Both the position numbers and the translations under genes were made by a program. A DNA stretch of 64,000 bases from Mantamonas sphyraenae STR306 (lineage: Eukaryota > Protista > CRuMs): assembly GCA_026936335.1 (NCBI GenBank), contig JAPMXV010000021.1, positions 124,001 to 188,000 of the forward strand. Direction: 5' to 3'. The notes below the pieces were generated by a model. That model did not search any database, was not told the DNA's origin, and was given only the letters and a program-made list of their open reading frames with translations. Position 1 is the first letter of the stretch, and each line of letters opens with the position of its first letter. This document shows positions 1 through 10,292 of this stretch, in pieces.

Positions 1-2330
1 GAGCTGTACCTTGTCACGGCGCAGTTTGACAAAGCGGAACCGGTGTATGCGCGTGCGTTGCGCATGCGTGAACAGCTGCACGGGCCGAGAACCCCAACAA
101 CGTGCGTTGCATGCTGAAACTGTGCGAGTTTTACTGTGCGCACGCAGACTATCACAAGGCGCTGAGTCTGGTGGAGCGAAGTCTGTCGATTGCAGAGCAG
201 TTTTGCGGGCCCGAGAGTGAGCTTGTCGCTGTGGTGCTGCACCAGGTGGGGCGAGTGTACATGCATCAAGGCTTGCATGCACACGCCATGCAGGTGTTTA
301 CCGAGGCACACGCCATCCGGCAACAGTTGTGGCAGGATCCTGAGCGTGTTCGCGAACGCGCGGCACAGCGGGAGCAGGACAACCTGGTGGACATTCACCA
401 GTGGCAAGATGACAGTGCGCGTCTGCTGATGGACATGGGAGGTGCGCGATGCGAGTTGCAACAGCTGGCAACTGCGCAGAGTGCTCTGAAACAGGCAGGG
501 GAGCTGTTTGTGGAGGTGTACGGTGACAAGTGTCCCGAGTGGTACGAAGTCATGCTGGCGCAGGCCCGCGTCTATCGAGAGCGAGGCCTGTGGAAGCAGG
601 CAGACGATGGGTTCAAGCGTGTGGCAAACTACAGGTGCAATCTGTACGACACCGAGTTCCACGCGGGCGTGGCCGAGGCGTTGTTCGAGCTGGCCGACTC
701 GCGGCTGCGACAAGAAAAGGTGGCCAAGGCCAAGAGTGGGTTTGAACAGGCACTGATCATCAACGAACAGCTGTACGGTCCCGAACACGATGCGGTCGCA
801 CGTGCGTTTGTAAAGTTGGGTGCTTGTCACGTGGCGGCGGACGAGCTGGAATACGCAGAGCGCATGTTTGACAACGCGACGGCGGTGATGGAACAGGTGT
901 GTGGCAAAGTGCACAGCATGGTGGTCCCCTCGCTGCTGGAGGTGGCAAAGCTGCGCGTGATGCAGCAAGACTACGCGGCGGCAATCGAGCTGTGTGACCG
1001 TTGCAGCGTGTTGTTGGAGCGTCGCTTTGATGGCCACCACCCTGCATTCATGGGTGTGTTGGAAACCCAGGCCCAGGTGGCATACGAGCGTGGCGAACTC
1101 CAGCGTGCACTGGAGCTGTACGAGGCTGCACTGAAAGCAGCCGACAATGCGTATGGCGAGCTGCATCCGCGCATCAGCAGCATGCTCTGTGCGGTCTCGT
1201 ATGTGCATCGCGACCTGGGCGACTTTGAGCGCGCACAGGGTCTGCTGGAGGAGGCACTGCAGATCACCGAGGGTCTGGTAGGAGAGGAACACAGCGGCGT
1301 GGCAAACATCCTGAACGACATGGCGAACCTTGCGGGAGTGCAACAACGCACCGGGGACGCCATGGCGCTGTACACACGCGCACTTGAGATCCAAGAGGCA
1401 ACTCTGCATGCACCGCACAGCGCAATGGCGAGCACGTTGAACAACATGGCAAACCTGCAGTATGCACAGGGTCAGTACGAGGCGAGCGAGGCCCTGTACA
1501 GGCGTGCGCTGGAAATGGAGGAGGAGGTGTTTGGCAAAGAGCACCGGGAGGTTGCATCGACGCTGAACAACCTGGCTGCACTGATGTTTACACGACACGA
1601 GTATGCCGAGGCAGAGGTGACGTACCAGCGCGCACTGGCCATCCAAAAGAAGCGCCTTGGCGTGCGCAACGTGATGACGGCGACGACGATGAACAACCTG
1701 GGCAACCTGATGCGAGCGCAGGGCAAGCTGGAGGAGGCGGAGCCGCTGTTTGTGACGGCACTGGAGGTGAAAGAGGCCCTGTTTGGCAAGGGACACATCT
1801 CGTTGGCGACAACCCTGACCAACCTGGGCACGCTGTACATGGACATGGGGGCGCGTGTTCACTTGCGCAAGGCTGAGAAGCTGCTGGACCGTGCCTTGCA
1901 GATCAAGATGAAGGTGAATGGGGAGGATCACGAGAGTGTGGTGTCGACGATGCTCGTGTACGCACAGCTGCTGGAGCGAACGGACAGAGACGCCGGTGCC
2001 GTGGAGCTGCTGGAACGCACGTTGGAGATCCAGGAGCGCGTGTATGGAGTGGGAAACAAGGGCACGATGGCCACGCTGCGCATGCTTGCGGACGCACACC
2101 AGCGACTGGGCCACCAGCGAGAATTCCATCTGTACGACGAACGGGTGAGGGATGTGATGAAGCAGGAGCAGCGGCGGGAAGAGAAACGTGAGGGGGACAG
2201 AGGCGGCGGTGGCGGAGGAGGAGAGAGGAGGAGGAGGGATAGAAGGAATAGTCGGAGACGAAAGCACACACGGGCCTGCGGTGGAGCAGGAGCAGCGTTT
2301 TTTGGGGTACAGGGGAGGCAGAACAAGTAG
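1..2330 (+). CDS. TPR-repeat region (kinesin light chain/nephrocystin-3-like 42-aa TPRs), 5'-truncated; probably the N-terminal part of one giant gene extending to 10225
   Basis: Repeated motifs such as HREVASTLNNLAALM...AEVTYQRALAI. Bases 1-85 in frame 1 read ELYLVTAQFDKAEPVYARALRMREQLHGP (another TPR), joining the 102..2330 frame via a 1-nt shift near 86. Confidence 0.85.
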
Positions 2331-4077
2331 CATGAGCGGATACATGGTGCAGGTGGCCATTGGCAGCGGATCTGTTCTCCCCGGCGACAAGGCGATGGTG
2401 GCGACAAGCAAAGCGACGATGCAGATGGCAATGGCCAACACGGTTGCAGGTGAAGGGTCGTCGAGTGGTGGAGTGGCGGTTGAAAGCGGCATCGGTAGCC
2501 AGAGCGCGCGACGCAGCAGCGGACGCCGTGGCAGCATGGGCTCGGTGGGTTCACAAGGATCGCACGTCTCTGCGGCATCGAGCAGCGGAAACACGACGAC
2601 GAGTGAAGGGACGAGCAGCAGTGCACACAGCGGACGCAGTGTGCGCAGCGAGCGCGACAGGGTGCGGTTTGAGCTGGAGCAGAAGCGCAGGCGACTGTCG
2701 CGCAGCGCCTCGATGCTATTGGACATTGAAGACATGCGCAAGTTGGCGCACATGAACAGTCAGAGTGCCCTGGAGCAGAGTCCGACTGTGTTGCGTCCGC
2801 GGCGCAAGAAAAGCATCAGCGAGCGGCGATACGGGCATGTGCGGTCGCGTGTAGACACGGGACGCGGACAGGAGGAACGACGTCGTCGCAGCCTGGGGTC
2901 CATGCATGTGAGTGTGGCTGGAATGGAGGTGGAGACGGCGCGTGCAGAGGAAATGGCGGAGTTGAAAGAGTTTGCAGGCCGCGTGTTTGCAAACACGGTT
3001 CCGTTGAAGCGCAGGGACTCTACGCTGCAGTTGCACTCTGTGGTGCGTGCACGGGAAGCCACAGACCCAGAATGGGACAACGAGGCGCTGGGCCGAGAAG
3101 AGGTGATTGCACACTGGGCGCGGGATGTGGAAGAGGCACAGCAGCACTTGGACATGGTGGCAGAGATGGAGGCGGAAGAAGCGACGGAGAAAGATGTGGA
3201 TGACGATGATGAGGGCGAACTGATTGCGCGCGTGGATGAAATCCTTGGGCTGACGAAGAGCGTCAAGGAGATCGCTGTGCCAGGTCCTCGTGCGCCCAGT
3301 GTGGATAGAATTGTGATCGACTCGGATGAGGAAGAAGAGGATGAAGCTGCTGAGGACGGGGTGTATGATGATGAAGAGGAGGAGGCAGTGTTTCGGGCTC
3401 GGTCGGAGCAGGATGTGTATGAAGGCTTCTTTGTGAAGCGGCATGTCGAGGGCGAAGCTGTATTTGGGCAAGGCAAGTTGATGGAAAGTGTCGCCCATGG
3501 GATGATGGAGGATTTGAGTGGGTTGGGAGTGAGTGTGGACAACATTGGTGGGGAGGAGGAGGAGGTGGTGGTTGAGGAGGAGGGTGAAGAGGAAGAGGAG
3601 GAGGGTGAGGAGGAAGAGGAGGAGGAGGAGGAGATGGTTGAGGAGGAGGGTGAGGGTGAGGAGGAAGTGGTGGTGGTTGAAAAGGCGGTTGGGGGTGATG
3701 TGGCCATCAAGGAGGAGGAGGAGCAGGCCGAAGAAGACCCAGAGGTGGATCAGGCTACTGTTCCGTTGGAGAAGGCAGATCAGGTGATGGTGAGCAAGGG
3801 GACGGTGTGGGCAACCGATTCGGCCCGTACGTGGACCACGAAGAGGCTCGAAGAAGACAGGGCCGAGCAGGCGACAATGGCGAACGAGGCCACGCCGCTT
3901 TTGGACGAGTACGCCGGCGCGAGTGACGGATATGTTTGCGCAGCCAACGATGGGCAGTGGCCCATCGACCGCGACGTTGCTCGGATTCAGCAACCGTTGG
4001 ACGGGGATGAGTGCAAGCGCCAAAGCGGCGGCAGAAACGGAGGAAGAAACAGAGGCAACGCAAGATGGACAGTCTGA
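2188..4077 (+). CDS. Low-complexity Ser-rich/acidic segment, probably the middle of the same giant gene (frameshift-linked)
   Basis: Long open frame with coding-like composition (poly-E tracts) overlapping both neighbouring ORFs; frame changes near ~2190 and ~3925. Confidence 0.55.
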   Translation: MRGTEAAVAEEERGGGGIEGIVGDESTHGPAVEQEQRFLGYRGGRTSSMSGYMVQVAIGSGSVLPGDKAMVATSKATMQMAMANTVAGEGSSSGGVAVESGIGSQSARRSSGRRGSMGSVGSQGSHVSAASSSGNTTTSEGTSSSAHSGRSVRSERDRVRFELEQKRRRLSRSASMLLDIEDMRKLAHMNSQSALEQSPTVLRPRRKKSISERRYGHVRSRVDTGRGQEERRRRSLGSMHVSVAGMEVETARAEEMAELKEFAGRVFANTVPLKRRDSTLQLHSVVRAREATDPEWDNEALGREEVIAHWARDVEEAQQHLDMVAEMEAEEATEKDVDDDDEGELIARVDEILGLTKSVKEIAVPGPRAPSVDRIVIDSDEEEEDEAAEDGVYDDEEEEAVFRARSEQDVYEGFFVKRHVEGEAVFGQGKLMESVAHGMMEDLSGLGVSVDNIGGEEEEVVVEEEGEEEEEEGEEEEEEEEEMVEEEGEGEEEVVVVEKAVGGDVAIKEEEEQAEEDPEVDQATVPLEKADQVMVSKGTVWATDSARTWTTKRLEEDRAEQATMANEATPLLDEYAGASDGYVCAANDGQWPIDRDVARIQQPLDGDECKRQSGGRNGGRNRGNARWTV

Positions 4078-7000
4078 GAGCGATGATGCAGACGAAGTGG
4101 GTAGCGTGGAAGAAGCCGTGATGGACGACGCTGGCACCGAGTATTGGGATACGGTGAACAGGTTGGTGGCAGCGCAGAAGGAGCGGCGCGAGGAGCAAGC
4201 GTCACGCATACCCACGCTCGTGTTTTCAGACTACGAAAGCGAACAGGCTGCGCGTGCGGTGCACGCACAGTTTAGCACGGCTGGCACGGGCGAGGAAGAG
4301 TGGCGTGCGGCCGTGGAGGCAGAGAGGGACCGCAAAGCCCACATGTACGAAGATGCAGTGTCGAATGCGATGCTGTCGATGAGCGCACGGCTTGATGAGA
4401 GCGTGCTGGGCGAGGACGAGGAGGAAGGGCGCCAGGTGCAGTTGCTTGAGACCACGATGAGTCCCAGCAAGTGGAAGCCACTGAGTCCGAAGCGAGCACA
4501 GAGTGGCGCGGAAGTGAGTGTGGAGCGTGCAGAGGATGCACACGTGGATGCACTCGAGGAGTTGCTGAACACAAGCGCGGAACTGGTGCTTCAGGAGGGC
4601 ATGGGTGGACGTGGCATGGGTACGGGGATGCTCAGCAGCTACGAAGAGGTGACCGTGGCCATGGTGGCACAGCAACTGGGCGCAGGTCGGGCCGATGATG
4701 ACGCTGAGAGTCGTCGGGGCAAGGTGAGGGCGGGACGAGATGAGGTGGCCGAAGCACTGACGTCCAGCGAGTACGAACCATTGGGCAACATGGCACCCGC
4801 ACGTCCCGTGGAGCCTGTAGAGACGGAGGAGGAACGCCGTGCTCGCGTGCTCCGTTCGCCACGCTTCCTGCGTCGATCGCTGTTTGGCGTGGTCGACATG
4901 GACAATGTGCGTGCGCTGGAGGAGACTGAGTTGGAGGAGCCTGCAGATCTACCGCCAGTTGCGATGGACACGGCGCGTGATGGCACCGGAGATGGCGAAG
5001 TGGAAATGAGCGAGGAGGAGCGTGCGTTGCAAGCCAAGATCCGGGCGCTGGAGGCAGAGCAGGATGAGTTTGTGCGAGCGCAGGAGGAAGCGGTGGCAGA
5101 ACTGGTGCGCAGGCGCGAGGATAGGCAGATTGAATGGCGAGAGTTTGAGGAGAAGCAGGCTGCGCGGAGAAAGGCAGAAGAGGAGGAGCGTGCCGCGAGA
5201 CAGTTGCAGCTGATGTTGGAAACACGTGCACGTGAGCGAGAGCTGAAGGAGAAGTATGAGAGGGAGGTGGCAGCAAGGGCAGAGGCGGCAGAAAAGCGTG
5301 CGGAGGAGAGGCGGCTGGCGAAGCTGGCTGAGGAGAGCAGTGGCGACGAGATCGATCCGGAGAGGGAGGCAGAGAAGCAGCGGTTGTTGGGCATTGAGGG
5401 GGAGATCCCTGTCGTGGTGGTTGAGGATGTGTCGGAGGAGGAGGAAGAGGAGGAAGAAGAAGAAGGCTGCATGGAGGAGGAAGAGGAGGATACCGACGAT
5501 CGGCAGGTGCAGCATGAGGTGGCAATTGGGCAGGATGCAGTGGATGCCAACACGAGGATGACCGTGTTGTGGATGGCTGTGCGTTTGGCAAAGATTAACG
5601 CACCGCCGATGCATTCAAAGCCTGTGCGGCTGCATTTGAGCCACGGCAGGACCGTGGAACCGCCAAAACCAGAGAAGTTGACACTTGATGTGGAACTGCG
5701 TGCTCGGCTGCGTAGCTACAGTGAGACTGGGCATGTGCGGGGGAATGTTGACAACGTCGAGAAAGTGGGACGGGGGGAAACGCAGGAGAAAACGGTGGTG
5801 CTGGAGCATGTTGACGATTCAGACAAGGACACAGAGGCAACAGAGATGACCGCGAAGGAAGCCGATGACGCCCCGTTGCCTGAAGGGTGGAGAAAGATCA
5901 CAAAAGGCGACACGGTGTTCTTCTACCACCGTCAGACACGCACGAAGCAATTTGAGAGGCCAACTGCGCCAGTTGTGGTTGAAAGGGATCCGGAAGAGGC
6001 GTTTCAATGGAAGAGGGCGGATGAAAAGGCAGAGGCTGAGGCACAACGCAAGGCAGAGGCAGAAGCACAGCGCAAGGCAGAGGCTGAAGCAGAAGCCAAG
6101 AAGAAGGCTGAGGCAGAGGCTGAGGCAAAGAAGAAGGCTGAGGCTGAGGCAGAAGCACAACGCAAGGCAGAGCAGAAGCAGAGGCCAAGGCTGAGGCAGA
6201 AGCACAACGCAAGGCTGAGGCAGAAGCAAAGCGCAAGGCTGAGGCAGAGGCACAACGCAAGGCTGAGGCAGAGGCTGAGGCAAAGAAGAAGGCTGAGGCA
6301 GAGGCTGAGGCAAAGAAGATGGCTGAGGCTGAGGCAGAAGCACAACGCAAGGCAGAGGCAGAAGCAGAGGCCAAGGCTGAGGCAGAAGCACAACGCAAGG
6401 CAGAAGCTGAAGCAAAGCGCAAGGCTGAGGCAGAGGCACAACGCAAGGCTGAGGCTGAGGCAGAAGCCAAGAAGAAGGCTGAGGCAGAGGCTGAGGCACA
6501 ACGCAAGGCTGAAGCTGAAGCAGAAGCCAAGAAGAAGGCTGAGGCAGAGGCACAACGCAAGGCAGAAGCTGAGGCAGAAGCGAAGAAGAAGGCTGAGGCA
6601 GAGGCTGAGGCAAAGAAGAAGGCTGAGGCAGAGGCCGAGGCACAACGCAAGGCTGAAGCTGAAGCAGAAGCCAAGAAGAAGGCTGAGGCAGAGGCACAAC
6701 GCAAGGCAGAAGCTGAAGCAGAAGCCAAGAAGAAGGCTGAGGCTGAGGCAGAAGCACAGCGCAAGGCAGAGGCAGAAGCAGAGGCAAAGCGCAAGGCTGA
6801 GGCAGAGGCACAACGCAAGGCTGAGGCTGAGGCAGAAGCCAAGAAGAAGGCTGATGCAGAGGCTGAGGCACAACGCAAGGCAGAGGCAGAAGCACAGCGC
6901 GAGGCAGAAGCTGAGGCAGAAGCGAAGAAGAAGGCTGAGGCAGAGGCTGAGGCAAAGAAGAAGGCTGAGGCAGAGGCCGAGGCACAACGCAAGGCTGAAG

Positions 7001-10000
7001 CTGAAAGCAGAAGCCAAGAAGAAGGCTGAGGCAGAGGCACAACGCAAGGCAGAAGCTGAAGCAGAAGCCAAGAAGAAGGCTGAGGCTGAGGCAGAAGCAC
7101 AGCGCAAGGCAGAGGCAGAAGCAGAGGCAAAGCGCAAGGCTGAGGCAGAGGCACAACGCAAGGCTGAGGCTGAGGCAGAAGCCAAGAAGAAGGCTGAGGC
7201 TGAGGCAGAAGCACAGCGCAAGGCAGAGGCAGAAGCAGAGGCAAAGCGCAAGGCTGAGGCAGAGGCAAAGCGCAAGGCTGAGGCAGAGGCACAACGCAAG
7301 GCTGAGGCTGAGGCAGAAGCCAAGAAGAAGGCTGATGCAGAGGCTGAGGCACAACGCAAGGCAGAGGCAGAAGCACAGCGCGAGGCAGAAGCTGAGGCAG
7401 AAGCGAAGAAGAAGGCTGAGGCAGAGGCTGAGGCAAAGAAGAAGGCTGAGGCAGAGGCCGAGGCACAACGCAAGGCTGAAGCTGAAGCAGAAGCCAAGAA
7501 GAAGGCTGAGGCAGAGGCACAACGCAAGGCAGAAGCTGAAGCAGAAGCCAAGAAGAAGGCTGAGGCTGAGGCAGAAGCACAGCGCAAGGCAGAGGCAGAA
7601 GCAGAGGCAAAGCGCAAGGCTGAGGCAGAGGCACAACGCAAGGCTGAGGCTGAGGCAGAAGCCAAGAAGAAGGCTGAGGCTGAGGCAGAAGCACAGCGCA
7701 AGGCAGAGGCAGAAGCAGAGGCAAAGCGCAAGGCTGAGGCAGAGGCAAAGCGCAAGGCTGAGGCAGAGGCACAACGCAAGGCTGAGGCTGAGGCAGAAGC
7801 CAAGAAGAAGGCTGATGCAGAGGCTGAGGCACAACGCAAGGCAGAGGCAGAAGCACAGCGCGAGGCAGAAGCTGAGGCAGAAGCGAAGAAGAAGGCTGAG
7901 GCAGAGGCTGAGGCAAAGAAGATGGCTGAGGCAGAGGCCGAGGCACAACGCAAGGCTGAAGCTGAAGCAGAAGCCAAGAAGAAGGCTGAGGCAGAGGCAC
8001 AACGCAAGGCAGAAGCTGAAGCAGAAGCCAAGAAGAAGGCTGAGGCTGAGGCAGAAGCACAGCGCAAGGCAGAGGCAGAAGCAGAGGCAAAGCGCAAGGC
8101 TGAGGCAGAGGCACAACGCAAGGCTGAGGCTGAGGCAGAAGCCAAGAAGAAGGCTGAGGCTGAGGCAGAAGCACAGCGCAAGGCAGAGGCAGAAGCAGAG
8201 GCAAAGCGCAAGGCTGAGGCAGAGGCAAAGCGCAAGGCTGAGGCAGAGGCACAACGCAAGGCTGAGGCTGAGGCAGAAGCCAAGAAGAAGGCTGAGGCTG
8301 AGGCAGAGGCACAACGCAAGGCACAAGCTGAGGCAGAAGCCAAGGCTGAGGCTGAGGCAGAAGCCAAGAAGAAGGCTGAGGCAGAGGCTGAGGCAAAGAA
8401 GAAGGCTGAGGCTGAGGCAGAAGCACAACGCAAGGCCGAGGCAGAAGCACAACGCAAGGCTGAGGCTGAAGCAGAAGCCAAGAAGAAGGCTGAGGCTGAG
8501 GCTGAGGCACAGCGCAAGGCAGAAGCTGAGGCACAGCGCAAGGCAGAAGCTGAGGCAGAAGCGAGGAAGAAGGCTGAGGCAGAGGCTGAGGCACAGCGCA
8601 AGGCTGAAGCTGAGGCAGAGGCACAACGCAAGGCAGAGGCAGACGCAGAGGCAGAAGCTCAACGCCTGGCAGAAGAGCAAGCACAGCTGGAGAACCTCCC
8701 CTTTGAGGAAACGTCTGCTCTGGAGCATGCTCCGACAGCACCAGAGCCAACCATGTCCCACAATGATTCCTTCACCTTTGACGTCGACTCCTTGGCCGGC
8801 ACTCTGTCCACTCTGGACACCCTCAACGAAGATGACAACAACGTGGATGACGATTCCTTCAACATCGACTCCCTGTCATCCGTCCTCTCCACCCTCTCTG
8901 CCCCCATGGACGATCACACCGCTGCCACACACATCCAACGCCTCATCAAGGGCAAGCTGGCACGCAAGCGCTTTGCAAAGATCCTCAAGTGGCGCAAGGT
9001 GCGCCGCAAGACCGAACGCGAGATCCTCACATCTGAACGCACGTTTGTACGACAGTTGGACGCCATCATCAATGTGTATCTGATCCCATTGCGCCAATGG
9101 GCGGATTCAGAGACACCCATCCTCACACACGACGAGATCGACACGCTGTTCTCCACTGTCCTGGAACGCATCTACGAGATCAATGCTCCGTTCCAGAAGC
9201 AACTCTACAACCGTGTGTGGAACCTCGATGGAGAGACACGTCCCATCATCTCTGACCTGTTCCTGGACATGATGGAGCAGTTTACCGAGTATGCCGAGTA
9301 CGTTGTCAATTACGACGCAGCCATGGGTCTGTGGACACACCTGTGTCAGAAGGGTGTCAACCGTGAGTTTGTCCTCTTTTGCAACCAGGCCATCCAAGAC
9401 TCGCGTTGCCAGGGACAGAATCTGCAATCACTTCTGATCACCCTCGTCCAACGCATGCCACGCTACCAGCTGCTCCTGCAAGAGATGCTCAAGCACACAT
9501 GGCCACAGCATCCCGACTACGAAGGTTTACAGCAAGCCGTGGAGGACATGATCAAGGTCAACACGTTCATCAACGAGGAGAAGCGAGCTGCGGAGCAGGT
9601 CAGCGACAAGCTGAGTGAACTGGAAGAGGCCATCCACCACCGAGGGGACCTGGCCATCCAAAAGGAAGGACGGATGCTGGTGAAAGAGGGCAATGTGAGT
9701 GAAGCAGGCAAGGCAAACAAGAAGGGGAAGCGAGGCAAGGCCCAATCACGGTACGCCTTTCTCTTCAACGACATGCTGCTGATCAGCACAGCCAGCAGTG
9801 GGTTCACACGCAAGAGCACCAGCACCTACAAGATGAACGCTTACGTGAAGCTGTGTGGTGCGCAAACTGCACTCGATGCCCCGTCTGGCATTGTAGCTGT
9901 GCGCAACGGCGACGAAGAGATCGAGCTGTTCTTTGCCGAAGGGCAGACGGAAGCGATGAACGAGTGGTACGAGACTGTGTGCGAACAAGTGCACGCTCTG

Positions 10001-10225
10001 TCACAGGTCCAGTACCTGAGTGTGGTGAGCGACCGGCCTCGCTCGAGCACGTTGACGCCGCTGCCCGAGTTTTCCCGCTCGCGCTCCCCTTCTCCCAACG
10101 CACACTCCAAGACACCGAGTCCACGTGATCAAACCTCATCCTCCACGTCATCGTCGTCCACAAACACCACCAACGACGACGCCCTGGATCTGGATGCCCT
10201 TGGAGACGCCCTGGCCGGATTGTAG
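3923..10225 (+). CDS. WW + charged Ala/Glu/Lys repeat + IQ + DH-PH Rho guanine nucleotide exchange factor
   Basis: WW: PLPEGWRKITKGDTVFFYHRQTRTKQFERP (~5872-5962). IQ: AATHIQRLIKGKLARKRF. DH: EILTSERTFVRQL...VQRMPRYQLLLQEMLKHT...INEEKR. PH: SRYAFLFNDMLLIS...EWYETV. Compensating frameshifts at ~6170 and ~7004 within the repeat. Confidence 0.88.
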   Translation: MTDMFAQPTMGSGPSTATLLGFSNRWTGMSASAKAAAETEEETEATQDGQSESDDADEVGSVEEAVMDDAGTEYWDTVNRLVAAQKERREEQASRIPTLVFSDYESEQAARAVHAQFSTAGTGEEEWRAAVEAERDRKAHMYEDAVSNAMLSMSARLDESVLGEDEEEGRQVQLLETTMSPSKWKPLSPKRAQSGAEVSVERAEDAHVDALEELLNTSAELVLQEGMGGRGMGTGMLSSYEEVTVAMVAQQLGAGRADDDAESRRGKVRAGRDEVAEALTSSEYEPLGNMAPARPVEPVETEEERRARVLRSPRFLRRSLFGVVDMDNVRALEETELEEPADLPPVAMDTARDGTGDGEVEMSEEERALQAKIRALEAEQDEFVRAQEEAVAELVRRREDRQIEWREFEEKQAARRKAEEEERAARQLQLMLETRARERELKEKYEREVAARAEAAEKRAEERRLAKLAEESSGDEIDPEREAEKQRLLGIEGEIPVVVVEDVSEEEEEEEEEEGCMEEEEEDTDDRQVQHEVAIGQDAVDANTRMTVLWMAVRLAKINAPPMHSKPVRLHLSHGRTVEPPKPEKLTLDVELRARLRSYSETGHVRGNVDNVEKVGRGETQEKTVVLEHVDDSDKDTEATEMTAKEADDAPLPEGWRKITKGDTVFFYHRQTRTKQFERPTAPVVVERDPEEAFQWKRADEKAEAEAQRKAEAEAQRKAEAEAEAKKKAEAEAEAKKKAEAEAEAQRKAEQKQRPRLRQKHNARLRQKQSARLRQRHNARLRQRLRQRRRLRQRLRQRRWLRLRQKHNARQRQKQRPRLRQKHNARQKLKQSARLRQRHNARLRLRQKPRRRLRQRLRHNARLKLKQKPRRRLRQRHNARQKLRQKRRRRLRQRLRQRRRLRQRPRHNARLKLKQKPRRRLRQRHNARQKLKQKPRRRLRLRQKHSARQRQKQRQSARLRQRHNARLRLRQKPRRRLMQRLRHNARQRQKHSARQKLRQKRRRRLRQRLRQRRRLRQRPRHNARLKLKAEAKKKAEAEAQRKAEAEAEAKKKAEAEAEAQRKAEAEAEAKRKAEAEAQRKAEAEAEAKKKAEAEAEAQRKAEAEAEAKRKAEAEAKRKAEAEAQRKAEAEAEAKKKADAEAEAQRKAEAEAQREAEAEAEAKKKAEAEAEAKKKAEAEAEAQRKAEAEAEAKKKAEAEAQRKAEAEAEAKKKAEAEAEAQRKAEAEAEAKRKAEAEAQRKAEAEAEAKKKAEAEAEAQRKAEAEAEAKRKAEAEAKRKAEAEAQRKAEAEAEAKKKADAEAEAQRKAEAEAQREAEAEAEAKKKAEAEAEAKKMAEAEAEAQRKAEAEAEAKKKAEAEAQRKAEAEAEAKKKAEAEAEAQRKAEAEAEAKRKAEAEAQRKAEAEAEAKKKAEAEAEAQRKAEAEAEAKRKAEAEAKRKAEAEAQRKAEAEAEAKKKAEAEAEAQRKAQAEAEAKAEAEAEAKKKAEAEAEAKKKAEAEAEAQRKAEAEAQRKAEAEAEAKKKAEAEAEAQRKAEAEAQRKAEAEAEARKKAEAEAEAQRKAEAEAEAQRKAEADAEAEAQRLAEEQAQLENLPFEETSALEHAPTAPEPTMSHNDSFTFDVDSLAGTLSTLDTLNEDDNNVDDDSFNIDSLSSVLSTLSAPMDDHTAATHIQRLIKGKLARKRFAKILKWRKVRRKTEREILTSERTFVRQLDAIINVYLIPLRQWADSETPILTHDEIDTLFSTVLERIYEINAPFQKQLYNRVWNLDGETRPIISDLFLDMMEQFTEYAEYVVNYDAAMGLWTHLCQKGVNREFVLFCNQAIQDSRCQGQNLQSLLITLVQRMPRYQLLLQEMLKHTWPQHPDYEGLQQAVEDMIKVNTFINEEKRAAEQVSDKLSELEEAIHHRGDLAIQKEGRMLVKEGNVSEAGKANKKGKRGKAQSRYAFLFNDMLLISTASSGFTRKSTSTYKMNAYVKLCGAQTALDAPSGIVAVRNGDEEIELFFAEGQTEAMNEWYETVCEQVHALSQVQYLSVVSDRPRSSTLTPLPEFSRSRSPSPNAHSKTPSPRDQTSSSTSSSSTNTTNDDALDLDALGDALAGL
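6025..8665 (+). repeat. Coding tandem repeat (AEAEAQRK / AEAEAEAKKK units) with a 480-bp higher-order period
   Basis: 24- and 30-nt units; the lines starting at 7021, 7501 and 7981 are identical, giving a 480-bp periodicity. Confidence 0.95.
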
Positions 10226-10229
10226 CCCA

Positions 10230-10287
10230 AATGAAGCCCTTTCATGCACACTCACACCCATACACGCTTGTAAACCGTTTTTTCATT
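10230..10287. promoter_or_regulatory. Back-to-back putative poly(A) signals AATGAA of the convergent RhoGEF (+, 10230-10235) and MKT1 (-, 10282-10287) genes
   Basis: AATGAA occurs shortly after the stop codon on each coding strand; the same hexamer recurs at the 3' ends of other genes in the window. Confidence 0.55.
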
Positions 10288-10292
10288 TCCCA

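Noticed and set aside
6025-8665. Repeat array as CRISPR or bacterial TolA
   Set aside because: No unique spacers; the repeat is in frame within a eukaryotic RhoGEF.
5819-9083. Long alternative-frame and antisense ORFs (980, 950, 875 and 582 aa) over the repeat
   Set aside because: By-products of a stop-free tandem repeat; only the AEAEAQRK frame links WW to IQ-DH.
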